Position numbers and translations under genes: made by a program. Positions 26,844-36,923 of a DNA stretch of 64,000 bases are shown here, one piece after another. Source of the stretch: Thecamonas trahens ATCC 50062 (Eukaryota > Protista > Apusomonadida); contig NW_013657645.1 in assembly GCF_000142905.1 (NCBI RefSeq), positions 248,001 to 312,000 of the forward strand. Reading direction: 5' to 3'. Numbering within the stretch: the first letter of the stretch is position 1; every line of letters begins with the position of its first letter. Under the pieces are notes generated by a model. The model searched no databases. It worked only from the letters and a program-made list of their open reading frames with translations, and had not been told where the DNA came from.

Positions 26844-27836
26844 AGTATGCACACACTCAGCAAGTTGCTACACGGATGTGGCGCTCTCTGGATAGGTCAC
26901 CTGCTCCTCTCCTCTGAGACGTGTGTCGTCGTGTGTCCGTGTGTCCGCGTGTTCCCCTGCCCCTGCCCCTGCCCCTGCCCCTGCCCCTGCCCCGGCCCCT
27001 GCCCCTGCCCCTCCGCCACCTCCCCTTCCATCGTGTCGCATTCGGCTATCGCCACCTTCCGCCAACTCACCTACGCCGCACCATCAATACCGCCCACAAG
27101 CTTGGTCCGCCCGGTGCACCGCACATAGGGCTCAACATCAAGACTCAGATCCCGGCATCGGCGTGGCGATGCGGCATGGGCAGACAGATATCGGCATCGG
27201 CGTGGCATGAGGTCAGAGCCCAGCCACTGGTGTGTAGTGATGCGGCATGGGCATGTGTTCTGCGCGGCTCTGTCTGCCAGCTCAAGCGAGTCTGGCATGG
27301 CAGCTTCGGCCACGGCAGCCATGTTTCGTGAATGTCCCGGAAGGTTCTTCACTGCGCGACACGGGCGAGAGGCAGGGGACGAGCAGGAGAAGGGGGGGGG
27401 GGAGGGGGGGAGGGGGCAGAGAGCCACACTTGTCTCTTGCCGGACCCGCATCTGCATACCCGTCGCACACATAGCAGGGGGGAGTACTCTTGCTTTGCTT
27501 CTGGCTGGTGATCTGTCTGAACTCACTCCGCCTTGGTCTGTCCTCCTCCCTGTCCGGTCGAGAGCTTCGCCGCCACCTCATCTCGCCTCGTCTCGCCTCG
27601 CCTCACCTCGCCTTACCTCGTCTCGTCTCACATCGCATCGCATCGCCCTCTCCCTCCTATCTCCTTGCCTCGCCGGAGCAGGTTCGACTGATTGCACCTC
27701 CTGCTCGCGATTGCACCTCCTGCTCGCGTCGCATCGCATCGCATCGTGTCGCCTCTCTGCTCCAGCCTCGCTGCTTCACACGGCTCACTTGCTTGATAAT
27801 CCCTCGCTGACAAGAAGCAGACACAGGTAGCTCGGC

Positions 27837-30800
27837 ATGGCTTCGCAGAGGCAGAACAGAAAGGTTCCTCTGGTGGCCTCGCTCTCGCTTCCGGTTGCCG
27901 ATGCACTCATCACCCCGGATCAGATCCGCGAGGCGGCATCGGCGTCGCTGGCTGGCGAGACACCCAGTCCGCTCCCACCGAGCCACCCGCTGGCTCTGCC
28001 GTATTTTTCCGAGCTGGCCACAGAGACCAACCTGAACAAGGCGCCGCTCAACTGGCTGGCAGCGCCATCGCCAGCTGCGCTGGCGCCGTCGGGCGCGCTG
28101 CGGGCCAGTGGCGAGCTGGCGGCGTCCGAGCTGGCAGCCTATGGTGAAGACGCCGACATCCTTGCCCCGACCGCCAACATGAAGAAGATCTTCAAGATGA
28201 CTTACTCGCGGGCGCCAGTCTCCATGGCAGTCCACCGCATCGGGTCGACCCTGGTGCTCGACGGAGCCATCGACCCGTTCCAGGTCCCTGTCGACGGACC
28301 ATCGGACCCGATGCCACCCAAGAAGGCCTCACCCGATGACCGCATTCTCTACTCCAAGTTCATGTACCATCAGATGGGCCAGGCAAACGGGGGCGCTCAG
28401 CCACAGCCGCCGCCGCAGTCTCAGCCTGGCGGCCCAGAGGCCGCGGTCCAGGCGGTCATGGAGGACCCAGCCATCCCGCTCCCGGCCTCGTCCAAGTTTA
28501 CTCGCACCTTTGCCTTTAAGCTCCGCGACTCGAACCTGATTCTCGGCTCGGATCTGCTTGTCTTCTCCTCGGTCGGCCACCCTGCCATCTCACTCAAGCT
28601 GCACTCGATCGAGGAGGAGATCACCCGCTCAACCTCGCTCGACTACTGGCTGGACAACGTGCTGGCAGATGTGCCCGAGCTCTGCATCTGCTACCACAAG
28701 GGCGGCTTTGTCCAGGGCTACCAAATCGTCCGTACCGAGGACATTCCGTTCCTCACCGCCCCGGCTTCGTCGTCGTCGGCTTCATCGTCGTCGGCCTCAT
28801 CGTCGTCCGCCGAGTCACCGAAGCGCAAGCCTTGCGAGGCGGGCCGGAAGTCGCGAACCCCGGCCTTCCAGCCGGCTGTGGTCGAGCAGACGGCAGCCTC
28901 GGTCGTGCAGTTCCTCAAGGATCATGCCACTCGAGACGGTGGTACCTACTGGCTGTACAAAGGCACTGGTGAGTCCATGCTTCGGCTGTACGACCTCTCG
29001 CCACCCTCACCCTCGCCCGCGGCATCAACATCGGCAACGGGGTCGGCAGCAGACGGCATGGCTCCCGCAGCATCACCGCAGCCGCAGCCGCAGCCCACAC
29101 AGCCGGCAGCCTCATCCGACCCACCGCCGTTTGCCTTTGCCGTCGCTATGCTCTGCTACAGGCTCGGCTTTAAGCTTATGGAGCCTGGCAAGAGTCGCCC
29201 GCACGTCGAACGTGCGCGGTCGCTCTTTGAGCGCGCGCTTGACTTGCTCAACCCGCGGCTGCGGCCAGGCGTGCACGTCGCTGTCACACGCAAGCTCGCC
29301 GAGACCTACATCGCGCAGTACCGTCCGGGCTCACAGCTCACCCGCATGCTCTCCAAGACTCTCGTCAACGCTGATCCAACCGAGGCAGAGTTGGGCGGTA
29401 GCCAGAGCAGCGACGGTCTTGTCGCGCCCATCGTTGCCCGCGACATGTACAACGATGCCGGTGAGGTCGAGGCCTACGTCCGTGCTGGCACCCTGCTCAC
29501 CGATGCGCTCCGAACTCTGGTCCGCATGCGCCACGACACACCGCCCGGCCCGGTCGGCCCGCTCGTTGATGTACCCAAGCTCTGGGCCGAGGTTCTCGGC
29601 CTCCTCGCCGAAATCCACCTCTACCTCGCGTACTCGAGCATCAAGCACCGCGCACCAGCGTCGGCGCTCCGGCACATCACCCACGCCCTCGTTGCTGCTC
29701 ACCTTGTCAACGAAGGTGGCAGTGAGAGCAGCGGAGAGAGCGAGATCCTGGCCGCGACTGTCGCCCGCGCGCTAGCGACACTTGCGCTCGGCGATGTGGT
29801 TGTCATTGCCCGCGATGGCTCAGATCGCGCTGTCGAGCTCTGCCGCGAGCCCGGCAGCGTCGTCGACGGCATCCTCGGTCCACAGTCGGCGCCGCTCATG
29901 CTCACGCCATCAGCAAAGCACTCAGACGCCGACGCCATGGCCGATGAGACGTTTGAATTCAACACCGACGCGCTCGGCATCGACTGTGACGACGAGTACG
30001 ACCTGGAACACGTCGGGCTCGCGGCACGGCTCAAGCTTGAGGTGCTGAATGCCAAGGCTGTGGCCCGGTCGCACGCGGCTGTCCGCAGCACACTCGCGCC
30101 GGCTCTTGCGGCACTGGCGTCGTTTGCGGCTTCGGGCGCCGAGCAAATCGAGGTCTACGCCACCATGCTCTCGTACTGTAAGCTCGGCCTCGCGCTCGTC
30201 GTCGCGCATGACGCACTCGACAGCGCGCGGTGCGAGATTCAAGCCCGCACGGGCGCGCTGCACAACCTCATTGGCTCGTGCTACCTCGAGACACACCGGT
30301 TCACCAAGGGACTGCGCGAGCTGCGTGCGGCTGAGAAGGCCTTTGCCGACCTCCCGGACTCACCGCGAGCGACGCTCAATCTTGCGGGCGTGCTGGCCAA
30401 TGAGGCCCGGGCGCATCGACTGCGGGCTATGCACGAAGCTGCAAGCCAGGCCAACTCGGAGAGCCTGTATACGTCAGCGGTGAACGCGTATCTGCGCGCG
30501 TCCAAGATGCTCGCCGCTGCGCACCTCGACCATACCGCTTTGTTCTCCGACATCAACTCGGGCCTCGGCGGCACGTACCTCTCGATCGCCATGGAGCTCA
30601 TGGAGGGCGGTGGGCCGGCAGCCGGCAGCGGCGACCAGGCCTTGGCTACCATCCGCAAGCAGCTCGAGTGTGCAGAGCGTGCATACGAGATGGCGGCCAA
30701 CACATCGCGAGTTGTCCTAGTCAAGGTCCAGATGGCGCGGCTGTACGCGCTTGCGCTCGGCGACTGGTCCGGCATCAGCAACGTACAGGCCAAGACCAAG

Positions 30801-31205
30801 GTGACCAAGGTGATCTTTGGCAAGGCACTGGCGGCCGCCACCGCCGCCGGCGACTTGCTCTCCAAGCTCTCGGTCCTCACCATGGAGTTAGAACTGTTTA
30901 CCAAGACCCACAAGTGGCGGCCTCCGGCACGGGTCGCGCTCGAGCTCACCACCCTCGCTGCCGGCATACTCGCCGGAAGCGGACCAACGGCACCCGAGGT
31001 GGCGGCCAAGACTAGCGTGGCACTCAACATTGTGCGGCTTTGGCTGCGCGATGCAGTGGCACACGCGACACGGGCGCACAAAAGCGAGGCGAGGGTGGCA
31101 GCGCTCAAGGCAGCATACCGTGCTGCGCTGATGGCCAAGGCCGCCGAACGCGACGGCTGGGCCGAGCTCGCCGATCAGGTCGCCGGACTCATGACGCCGT
31201 CCTGA
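27837..31205 (+). CDS. EDRF1: Erythroid differentiation-related factor 1-like protein (C-terminal TPR-like helices)
   Basis: NMKKIFKMTYSRAPVSMAVHRIGSTLVLD, LDYWLDNVLADVPELCICYHKGGFVQGYQIVRTEDIP and GGTYWLYKG...LRLYDLS match EDRF1 conserved blocks. Confidence 0.85.
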   Translation: MASQRQNRKVPLVASLSLPVADALITPDQIREAASASLAGETPSPLPPSHPLALPYFSELATETNLNKAPLNWLAAPSPAALAPSGALRASGELAASELAAYGEDADILAPTANMKKIFKMTYSRAPVSMAVHRIGSTLVLDGAIDPFQVPVDGPSDPMPPKKASPDDRILYSKFMYHQMGQANGGAQPQPPPQSQPGGPEAAVQAVMEDPAIPLPASSKFTRTFAFKLRDSNLILGSDLLVFSSVGHPAISLKLHSIEEEITRSTSLDYWLDNVLADVPELCICYHKGGFVQGYQIVRTEDIPFLTAPASSSSASSSSASSSSAESPKRKPCEAGRKSRTPAFQPAVVEQTAASVVQFLKDHATRDGGTYWLYKGTGESMLRLYDLSPPSPSPAASTSATGSAADGMAPAASPQPQPQPTQPAASSDPPPFAFAVAMLCYRLGFKLMEPGKSRPHVERARSLFERALDLLNPRLRPGVHVAVTRKLAETYIAQYRPGSQLTRMLSKTLVNADPTEAELGGSQSSDGLVAPIVARDMYNDAGEVEAYVRAGTLLTDALRTLVRMRHDTPPGPVGPLVDVPKLWAEVLGLLAEIHLYLAYSSIKHRAPASALRHITHALVAAHLVNEGGSESSGESEILAATVARALATLALGDVVVIARDGSDRAVELCREPGSVVDGILGPQSAPLMLTPSAKHSDADAMADETFEFNTDALGIDCDDEYDLEHVGLAARLKLEVLNAKAVARSHAAVRSTLAPALAALASFAASGAEQIEVYATMLSYCKLGLALVVAHDALDSARCEIQARTGALHNLIGSCYLETHRFTKGLRELRAAEKAFADLPDSPRATLNLAGVLANEARAHRLRAMHEAASQANSESLYTSAVNAYLRASKMLAAAHLDHTALFSDINSGLGGTYLSIAMELMEGGGPAAGSGDQALATIRKQLECAERAYEMAANTSRVVLVKVQMARLYALALGDWSGISNVQAKTKVTKVIFGKALAAATAAGDLLSKLSVLTMELELFTKTHKWRPPARVALELTTLAAGILAGSGPTAPEVAAKTSVALNIVRLWLRDAVAHATRAHKSEARVAALKAAYRAALMAKAAERDGWAELADQVAGLMTPS

Positions 31206-32707
31206 CTGCGCTTGCGTTTGCGACCCGACGAGGGACTTTCCGGTGGGCCGGCGGCCTCTTGCGCCGCCTTGGACGCCTTGCGGCGCGTGCCCTTGGCCTT
31301 GGGCACCTCCCAGCCGCCAAGCTTGGCCTTGAGGGCGACGAGCTTGTCGGACGGGTCGAGGATGTAGACGTCGAGCTCGTCGTCGTGTGCGGCGGCGTCG
31401 GCGTCGAGTGCGGCAAGCTGCTCGGCGACGTTATCAGAGTCACCGGCACCAACCGCGTTAAAGTAGCCAGCTTCGATGTCGAGCCGCGAGACGCCGCGGA
31501 GGTACGCACAGAGGATGAGGACAAGCTCGCGGTCGGCGGCGAGCTCAGCATCGGTAAAGCCGACCTCGGCAGGCGTCGGCATGCCGAGACCAAGGTCGAA
31601 GCCCTCCCCCCGCCCGAGCGCCGTCCGCGACGATGTGGCGTCGTCTGCAAGCGCACGGCGCGGGGCCTTGGCCTGCGGCTGAGAGCGGGCGGCTTGGACC
31701 CGGCCGTGGACGAGGGAGAGCTTGGCCTTGCGCCGCTCGCGGTTGGCCATGTTGCGGCGAAATGACGCCGGGAGCGCAGCGTGTGGTGTCGATGAGCTGG
31801 CAAGGGCCGCCGGCGTCACTGATCCGCTCGTAGCACCCGAGGGTGTGAGCAGAAAGGGCGTGGATGGAGCTGCCGGCTCGGCGGCCGGGGTTGGCGGGCA
31901 GGTGCTTGGTCCTGCCTTGGACTCGGGCTCGGCGATGGCGGCCGACGCGGTAGCCGGGGTAGCGGCAGCGGGGGTGGCGGCAGACGGGATAGCGGAAGAA
32001 TGTATGAGACCCTGCTCGAGCTCGAGCGCGCGCTCGTTGACGAGCGCGGTCTTGCGGAGGACCTGCATGTGGCGGAGGAGAAAGGTGAGGTGGGCGTCGA
32101 GCGAGTAGACGGTAATGTCGTCGCCCCAAGGCAGCGACTTTGCGACGCGGAGTAGGACCTTGCGCAGTTCATCGACGCGGTGGGAGATGGTGTTCCGTCC
32201 GCAGCCGTACAGGTCGGCAAAGTAGGTGACGTCGATGGTGGCGTCGAGCTTGCAAGCTCGGGCGGCGAGAGAGAGGGCAGCGGCGGCGATGGGTGCAGGA
32301 GCACGGCCAGTGACGAGCCCGTAGTCGTCTGCAACCGCAATGAGCGACTTTGCCAGGCTTGCGGCCTTGTTCCGGTCACGACGATCGATGCCGTCCATCC
32401 GGGCCACGCCCTGCTGCACAAACTCTGCCGGGTTGACCGTCCCCTTTGCAGCGACGGCATCGACGGGAGCAATCTTCCGCAACTTGCGGTACATGTTCCC
32501 CAACTTGTTTGCCGGCACATCCAGGGCAGCCGAGATGACGTCCAGAGTGAGGGCACATTGTCTTGAGAGCGAGACCATGTGGATGCAAGCACCGAGTATG
32601 ACATCTGCCGATCGCTTTGCAGCAAAGCCGTCAGCGACGACCGCAGCCGCCGGTTCTCCTCCTCCAGCCGCGCAATTTCCTGCGTCTTTTGGTTGACTCG
32701 AGTAGCC
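31175..32707 (-). CDS. TFIIB-related factor, BRF2/PTF2-like; 5' end (Zn ribbon) not found
   Basis: Cyclin folds ..ADVILGACIHMVS..LTLDVISAAL..LGNMYRKL, LVTGRAPAPIAAAAL, RVDELRKVLLRVAKSLPW; C-terminal DDELDVYI. Frame is open up to a TGA at 32708-32710. Confidence 0.75.
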   Translation of the reverse strand, partial: GYSSQPKDAGNCAAGGGEPAAAVVADGFAAKRSADVILGACIHMVSLSRQCALTLDVISAALDVPANKLGNMYRKLRKIAPVDAVAAKGTVNPAEFVQQGVARMDGIDRRDRNKAASLAKSLIAVADDYGLVTGRAPAPIAAAALSLAARACKLDATIDVTYFADLYGCGRNTISHRVDELRKVLLRVAKSLPWGDDITVYSLDAHLTFLLRHMQVLRKTALVNERALELEQGLIHSSAIPSAATPAAATPATASAAIAEPESKAGPSTCPPTPAAEPAAPSTPFLLTPSGATSGSVTPAALASSSTPHAALPASFRRNMANRERRKAKLSLVHGRVQAARSQPQAKAPRRALADDATSSRTALGRGEGFDLGLGMPTPAEVGFTDAELAADRELVLILCAYLRGVSRLDIEAGYFNAVGAGDSDNVAEQLAALDADAAAHDDELDVYILDPSDKLVALKAKLGGWEVPKAKGTRRKASKAAQEAAGPPESPSSGRKRKRSQDGVMSPAT

Positions 32708-34098
32708 TCAGCCGATCTCTGATCTTGTTCCCTCTTCTCCGACTCCGTTCACTGGCGTCCAATCGGACAGAGCTCCGCATCATGCCCCCCACGTCCCACC
32801 CAGTTCCGAGATAAAACCAGTCCCGCCACCAAGCCACATAGTCACCAGCCAGCCCCGAGTGAGTCCACACCGCCTTCATCAGCACACAGTGGGGATATGG
32901 GAGGGGAAGGGGGGGGGGGGGGGGGGTAGGGCCAGCCTGCCTGCCTGCCTGCCTGCCTGTCTGCCTACGGCCTTGTCCACCATACCATGGCCCCCCCCAT
33001 GTTTTTTTGCTCGACAGAGACAAAGGCTTTGGGCGAGGCGACATGAGCACGACCGGTCGTTCCGCATACTCTCCAAGGCCATCCACTGGCCAGCTATGAG
33101 GATAGAGCAAAATAAACATGCCACAATGGGTGGTACCTACTACAACTCTACCTGCATTCACTTTCCCGCACTCTCTCTGTCCTGTATCGACCTCTAGAGG
33201 TACGAGTAGCATGACCCAGGCACGGGGGGGAGGACGGGGCCGAGCCGGTGGGCGGCGATGGACGGAACCAACAGCCTCAACAATTAATTGAACGAATAAA
33301 TGTTCGCTCTACGATCATTCGTTCGTTCGTTCGTTCGTTCGTTTCGTTCGCCCATTCGTTCGGTGGGGCCAAGCCGCAGGCTCTCGCCACCCACCCCGGT
33401 AGCGTCTTGCCGCAGTTGGCATGGGCAAGGGAGAGAGCTGGAATACATGCATATATATATACTGGGTACGTACCGCTGCAATCTCGGACAACGGCATCTG
33501 CTTCGTAGTGTCCGTCATCCTGGACGGGTGAGAGTAAGAGACGTGTGCTAGCGAGCAACAGCGACGGGCCGTGGCCGTGCCTGGTGGCTGGCGGCTGGGG
33601 CGGCTGGTGACTGGCGGCTGGCGGCTGGCGGCTGACGGAGGCCGGGACAGAGACACCAGGCCGCACAGTCATTTCCGTTGTACTTGATCATCGGATCACA
33701 TCAGGGCCTTTGTCGTCGACCATGGGTCTTGTGCTTACATGCAGGTTGTCTTGAGAGGCATCTCTGGGCCTGGGAGCATGTATAAATCTCGATGGGATCA
33801 TCTCAACCACTGCGATAAAGTTGCCGTCCAATAATCATTGCCAAGCAACTCTACCCACCAGCTCACACCAACGATTATTTGAACGTCCTTTAATCGTTGC
33901 GACTCCTTTGCGACCTCCACTGACGGCACCGCCACCACCCTTCCTCCTCCTCCTCCGCCTCCTCGGCCTCGTCTCAGGCTCACCCTCCCTCTCCACTCCC
34001 TGCCCACACCCACCTGTCTTCCTCTTTGACAACCCCCGAAGGGCTACCCCCTCCCCTCCCCCTCCTTCCCCCTCTTTCTCTCTCTCTCTCTCAAAGTA

Positions 34099-34860
34099 AT
34101 GAACAGGCTCCGCAAGGCTGAGAAGGCAAAGGTCGCCGAGTACCGCGACGTGGTGGGAGCAGCTGTGACGGCGCGTGATGCCATGACTGCCCTCGAGGCG
34201 CATGGATGGGATGTGCAGACTGCGGTGAATGCATTCTTTTCGGCTGGTGGTCAGGCTGGAGCTGGTGTGGCCTCGGGTGATCGGGCGGTTGTGGAAGCCC
34301 TGTTTGAGCAGTACAAGGATGATGGCTGCGACTCGATGCTCCTTGAGGGCGTCCTGGCGTGGTGCAACGACATGGAGCTCGATCCAATGAAGCGCCCGCT
34401 GCTCATTGTGTGCCACAAGCTCCAGGCTGCCGTCATGTGTGAGTTCACCCGCGAGGAGTTTATGCGCTGGGCCGAGCTCGGCGCAGACAGCATAGACGCC
34501 ATGAAGGCTGCCGTGCCCACCTTTGTGGCTCAGGTCGACTCGGACGCCACCATCTTTGCCGACTTTTACGCCTGGGTCTTCGACTTTTCCAAGGAGCCCG
34601 GCCGCCGCTCGCTCTCGGCAGAGTCGGCCCGCTTCATGTGGTCGCTGCTCCTCGCTGACAAGTTCCCCATCGTCGACCGCTGGGTCAAGTTCCTCGAGAA
34701 CCACACTCGCGACATCACCAAGGACACCTGGCTGCTCTTCCTCGACTTTGTCAACACCTACGGCACGGATGTGACCGACTACGACGACGATGGCGCCTGG
34801 CCCGTCCTCATCGACGAGTTTGTCGAGTACTGCAACGCCAACCCGGCCGCAGCCTCGTGA
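34099..34860 (+). CDS. DCN1: DCN1-like cullin neddylation E3 (UBA-like + PONY domains)
   Basis: N-terminal LEAHGWDVQTAVNAFF, MCEFTREEF, FADFYAWVFDF, ITKDTWLLFLDF, YDDDGAWPVLIDEFVEY. Confidence 0.93.
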   Translation: MNRLRKAEKAKVAEYRDVVGAAVTARDAMTALEAHGWDVQTAVNAFFSAGGQAGAGVASGDRAVVEALFEQYKDDGCDSMLLEGVLAWCNDMELDPMKRPLLIVCHKLQAAVMCEFTREEFMRWAELGADSIDAMKAAVPTFVAQVDSDATIFADFYAWVFDFSKEPGRRSLSAESARFMWSLLLADKFPIVDRWVKFLENHTRDITKDTWLLFLDFVNTYGTDVTDYDDDGAWPVLIDEFVEYCNANPAAAS

Positions 34861-35338
34861 GCCCCCCCCCCCCTCTCCCCTCCCCCTCTTTCGTCCTCCC
34901 TCGTGTATACACGCGTCTCCCTGGACTGCCATCGACATACTCAGCCGCCGCAGGCAGTTCAATCCCGTCCTACCATGCTCCAACTCGTCCCATCGCTCCC
35001 GATCTCATCCAGCCGTACTCTTCGTTGAACCAAGACTCTCCAACCTCCCCTCCACCCATACCCGCAAGTGACCCACATGCGCCACCCCCCGNNNNNNNNN
35101 NNNNNNNNNNNNNNNNNNNNNNNNNNNNNNNNNNNNNNNNNNNNNNNNNNNNNNNNNNNNNNNNNNNNNNNNNNNNNNNNNNNNNNNNNNNCGGGCAAAA
35201 CCGACCAATCAACCTGTTAACTCTCACCGCACCGCACCGCCATCGCACGACACGACACGACACGACACGACACGACACGACACGACCCCCACCACACACA
35301 CACACATAGCTACACACACATAGCTACACTTTGAAAAC

Positions 35339-36076
35339 ATGTCCAAGTACCGGCGGAATGCATGCCCTGTGTCGTGCGTGAAGCACCTTTTCGTGTTTAT
35401 CAACCTCATCTTCCTCATTGTGGGCTTGGCCGTCATTGGCGCCGGCGTCCACTTGTCGAAAAAGGGTTCTGCCGTACCGAAGAACCATTCTGGACCCAAT
35501 GTGTACGATTACTCCAAGCACATTGCCACAGCATTGTACATCATTGGCTCGCTCATTTCGCTCGTCTCCTTCCTTGGTTGCTGTGGTGCTTGGAAGCGGA
35601 TCAAGGCTCTGCTCTGCTGCTACTGGATGCTGGTCTTTCTTCTCATCGCCGCTCAAGTCGCCATCGGCGTCGTCGTCTATCACGCTGCAAAGGACAACAA
35701 GCTTGATGATCATCTGGCAGATTCGTGGTCTTCCTCGGACAACGCGTGGAAGAACAGCGTGCAGGAAAACTTCCACTGCTGTGGCTACAACTCGCCCACC
35801 GACGATCCCGGATCGGTCTGTCCGGGCTCCACCGCCGACGATCCCAACGCAGGATGCCGCGCTGTGCTCAAGGACGATCTTCAGAAGGCCCTGCATGTCA
35901 TCGTCATCGTGGCACTTGTCCTTGCTGCTCTGGAGCTCTTTGGCCTCCTCGCCTCCATGATCCTCATGTGCTGCCTCAACACCGAGCTGAAGGACCCGGC
36001 TGGCGTCGGCCTCCTCAACTCGCGCCAGCCGCAGCCGGCCTACCGCCCCACCTACTCGACCCGCACCTACCAGTGA
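35339..36076 (+). CDS. Tetraspanin
   Basis: Four TM helices, FLGCCGA, and a large extracellular loop with CCG (QENFHCCGY) plus two further Cys. Confidence 0.92.
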   Translation: MSKYRRNACPVSCVKHLFVFINLIFLIVGLAVIGAGVHLSKKGSAVPKNHSGPNVYDYSKHIATALYIIGSLISLVSFLGCCGAWKRIKALLCCYWMLVFLLIAAQVAIGVVVYHAAKDNKLDDHLADSWSSSDNAWKNSVQENFHCCGYNSPTDDPGSVCPGSTADDPNAGCRAVLKDDLQKALHVIVIVALVLAALELFGLLASMILMCCLNTELKDPAGVGLLNSRQPQPAYRPTYSTRTYQ

Positions 36077-36208
36077 GTGTCGCTTTCCATGATCGATGAC
36101 GTGGGCTCACGATCGCCTCTTCTAGCCCTCTCTCTCTCTCTCTTTCTCACACATACACATCTCCTTAGCACCACACTTGTCTCCCTCTCGCCTCCCCCTC
36201 CTCTCCTC

Positions 36209-36904
36209 ATGTCCTCCTCCTCCTCCTCCGCTACCTCTCTCCCCCTCGCCATCCTCACCATCGTCCTCGTTCTTGCTCTGTTATCACCTGCCATCACCGC
36301 TGCTGCCGCCGCCTCGAATCCGACCGTCCTCACCGATCCCTCGTTGTCCTCGGCCGACATCGCCCCCAGCAGCATGATGTCCACGTCCAACGAGCCTGCC
36401 GCCGCTTCGACTGCCTCAGTCAATACGCCAGCCACTGATACCGCCGCTACCGATGCCGAGCTCGTCGCACGTGCGTCGGTCGTCGAGCGGTGCTCCGCGT
36501 GCCAGGTGGTGGTCAAGGCCGGCCTGGCGGCGGCTGCCGAAGCAGTGACAGGTGCCCCAAGCGAGGCATTGAGCGAGGAGAAGAGCGAGGCGGCCGCGAA
36601 AGCGTTCAGGTCTGTCTGCGCTCACCTTGGCGGCGCACAGTATGCCACCGTCGGCGCAGGGCGGGCGACCAAGTTTGTGCCGTTTGTCGGCTTCCAGCCG
36701 GGCCACTCGTACGACAACCTCTCGCTCGGCTCCGAGGTCGACAACGCCCTGGCGAGCCACTGCCGAGTCATTCTGAGCGAGGAGACTCTGGCTGCCACTG
36801 CGAAAGCTCTGGCCGCCGCGCCGCGGGTCTACGATGCCAAGCTCGCATTTATCTGCGCCTCACCCTGCGCTGCCGCTCTCTCGGGCCTTGCCCGCCCCAA
36901 GTAA
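36209..36904 (+). CDS. Secreted saposin-like/canopy (CNPY, DUF3456-like) protein
   Basis: Hydrophobic signal sequence, S/T-rich linker, and Cys pattern CSAC...VC...HC...IC...C of saposin-like folds. No KDEL-type tail. Confidence 0.55.
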   Translation: MSSSSSSATSLPLAILTIVLVLALLSPAITAAAAASNPTVLTDPSLSSADIAPSSMMSTSNEPAAASTASVNTPATDTAATDAELVARASVVERCSACQVVVKAGLAAAAEAVTGAPSEALSEEKSEAAAKAFRSVCAHLGGAQYATVGAGRATKFVPFVGFQPGHSYDNLSLGSEVDNALASHCRVILSEETLAATAKALAAAPRVYDAKLAFICASPCAAALSGLARPK

Positions 36905-36923
36905 CACTCAACGCGCTCGTTGC

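Noticed and set aside
27150-27260. Short duplicated motifs (CGGCATCGGCGTGGC x2, GATGCGGCATGGGCA x2) in the divergent UFD1/EDRF1 promoter region
   Set aside because: They could be cis-elements, but are indistinguishable from the local micro-duplications common throughout these intergenic regions.
32631-33800. Candidate BRF Zn-ribbon exon or ncRNA in the BRF2-DCN1 intergenic region
   Set aside because: No CxxC..CxxC exon with usable splice sites, and no snRNA or tRNA motif was found by eye. Only simple repeats (GCCT, TTCG, GGCT).
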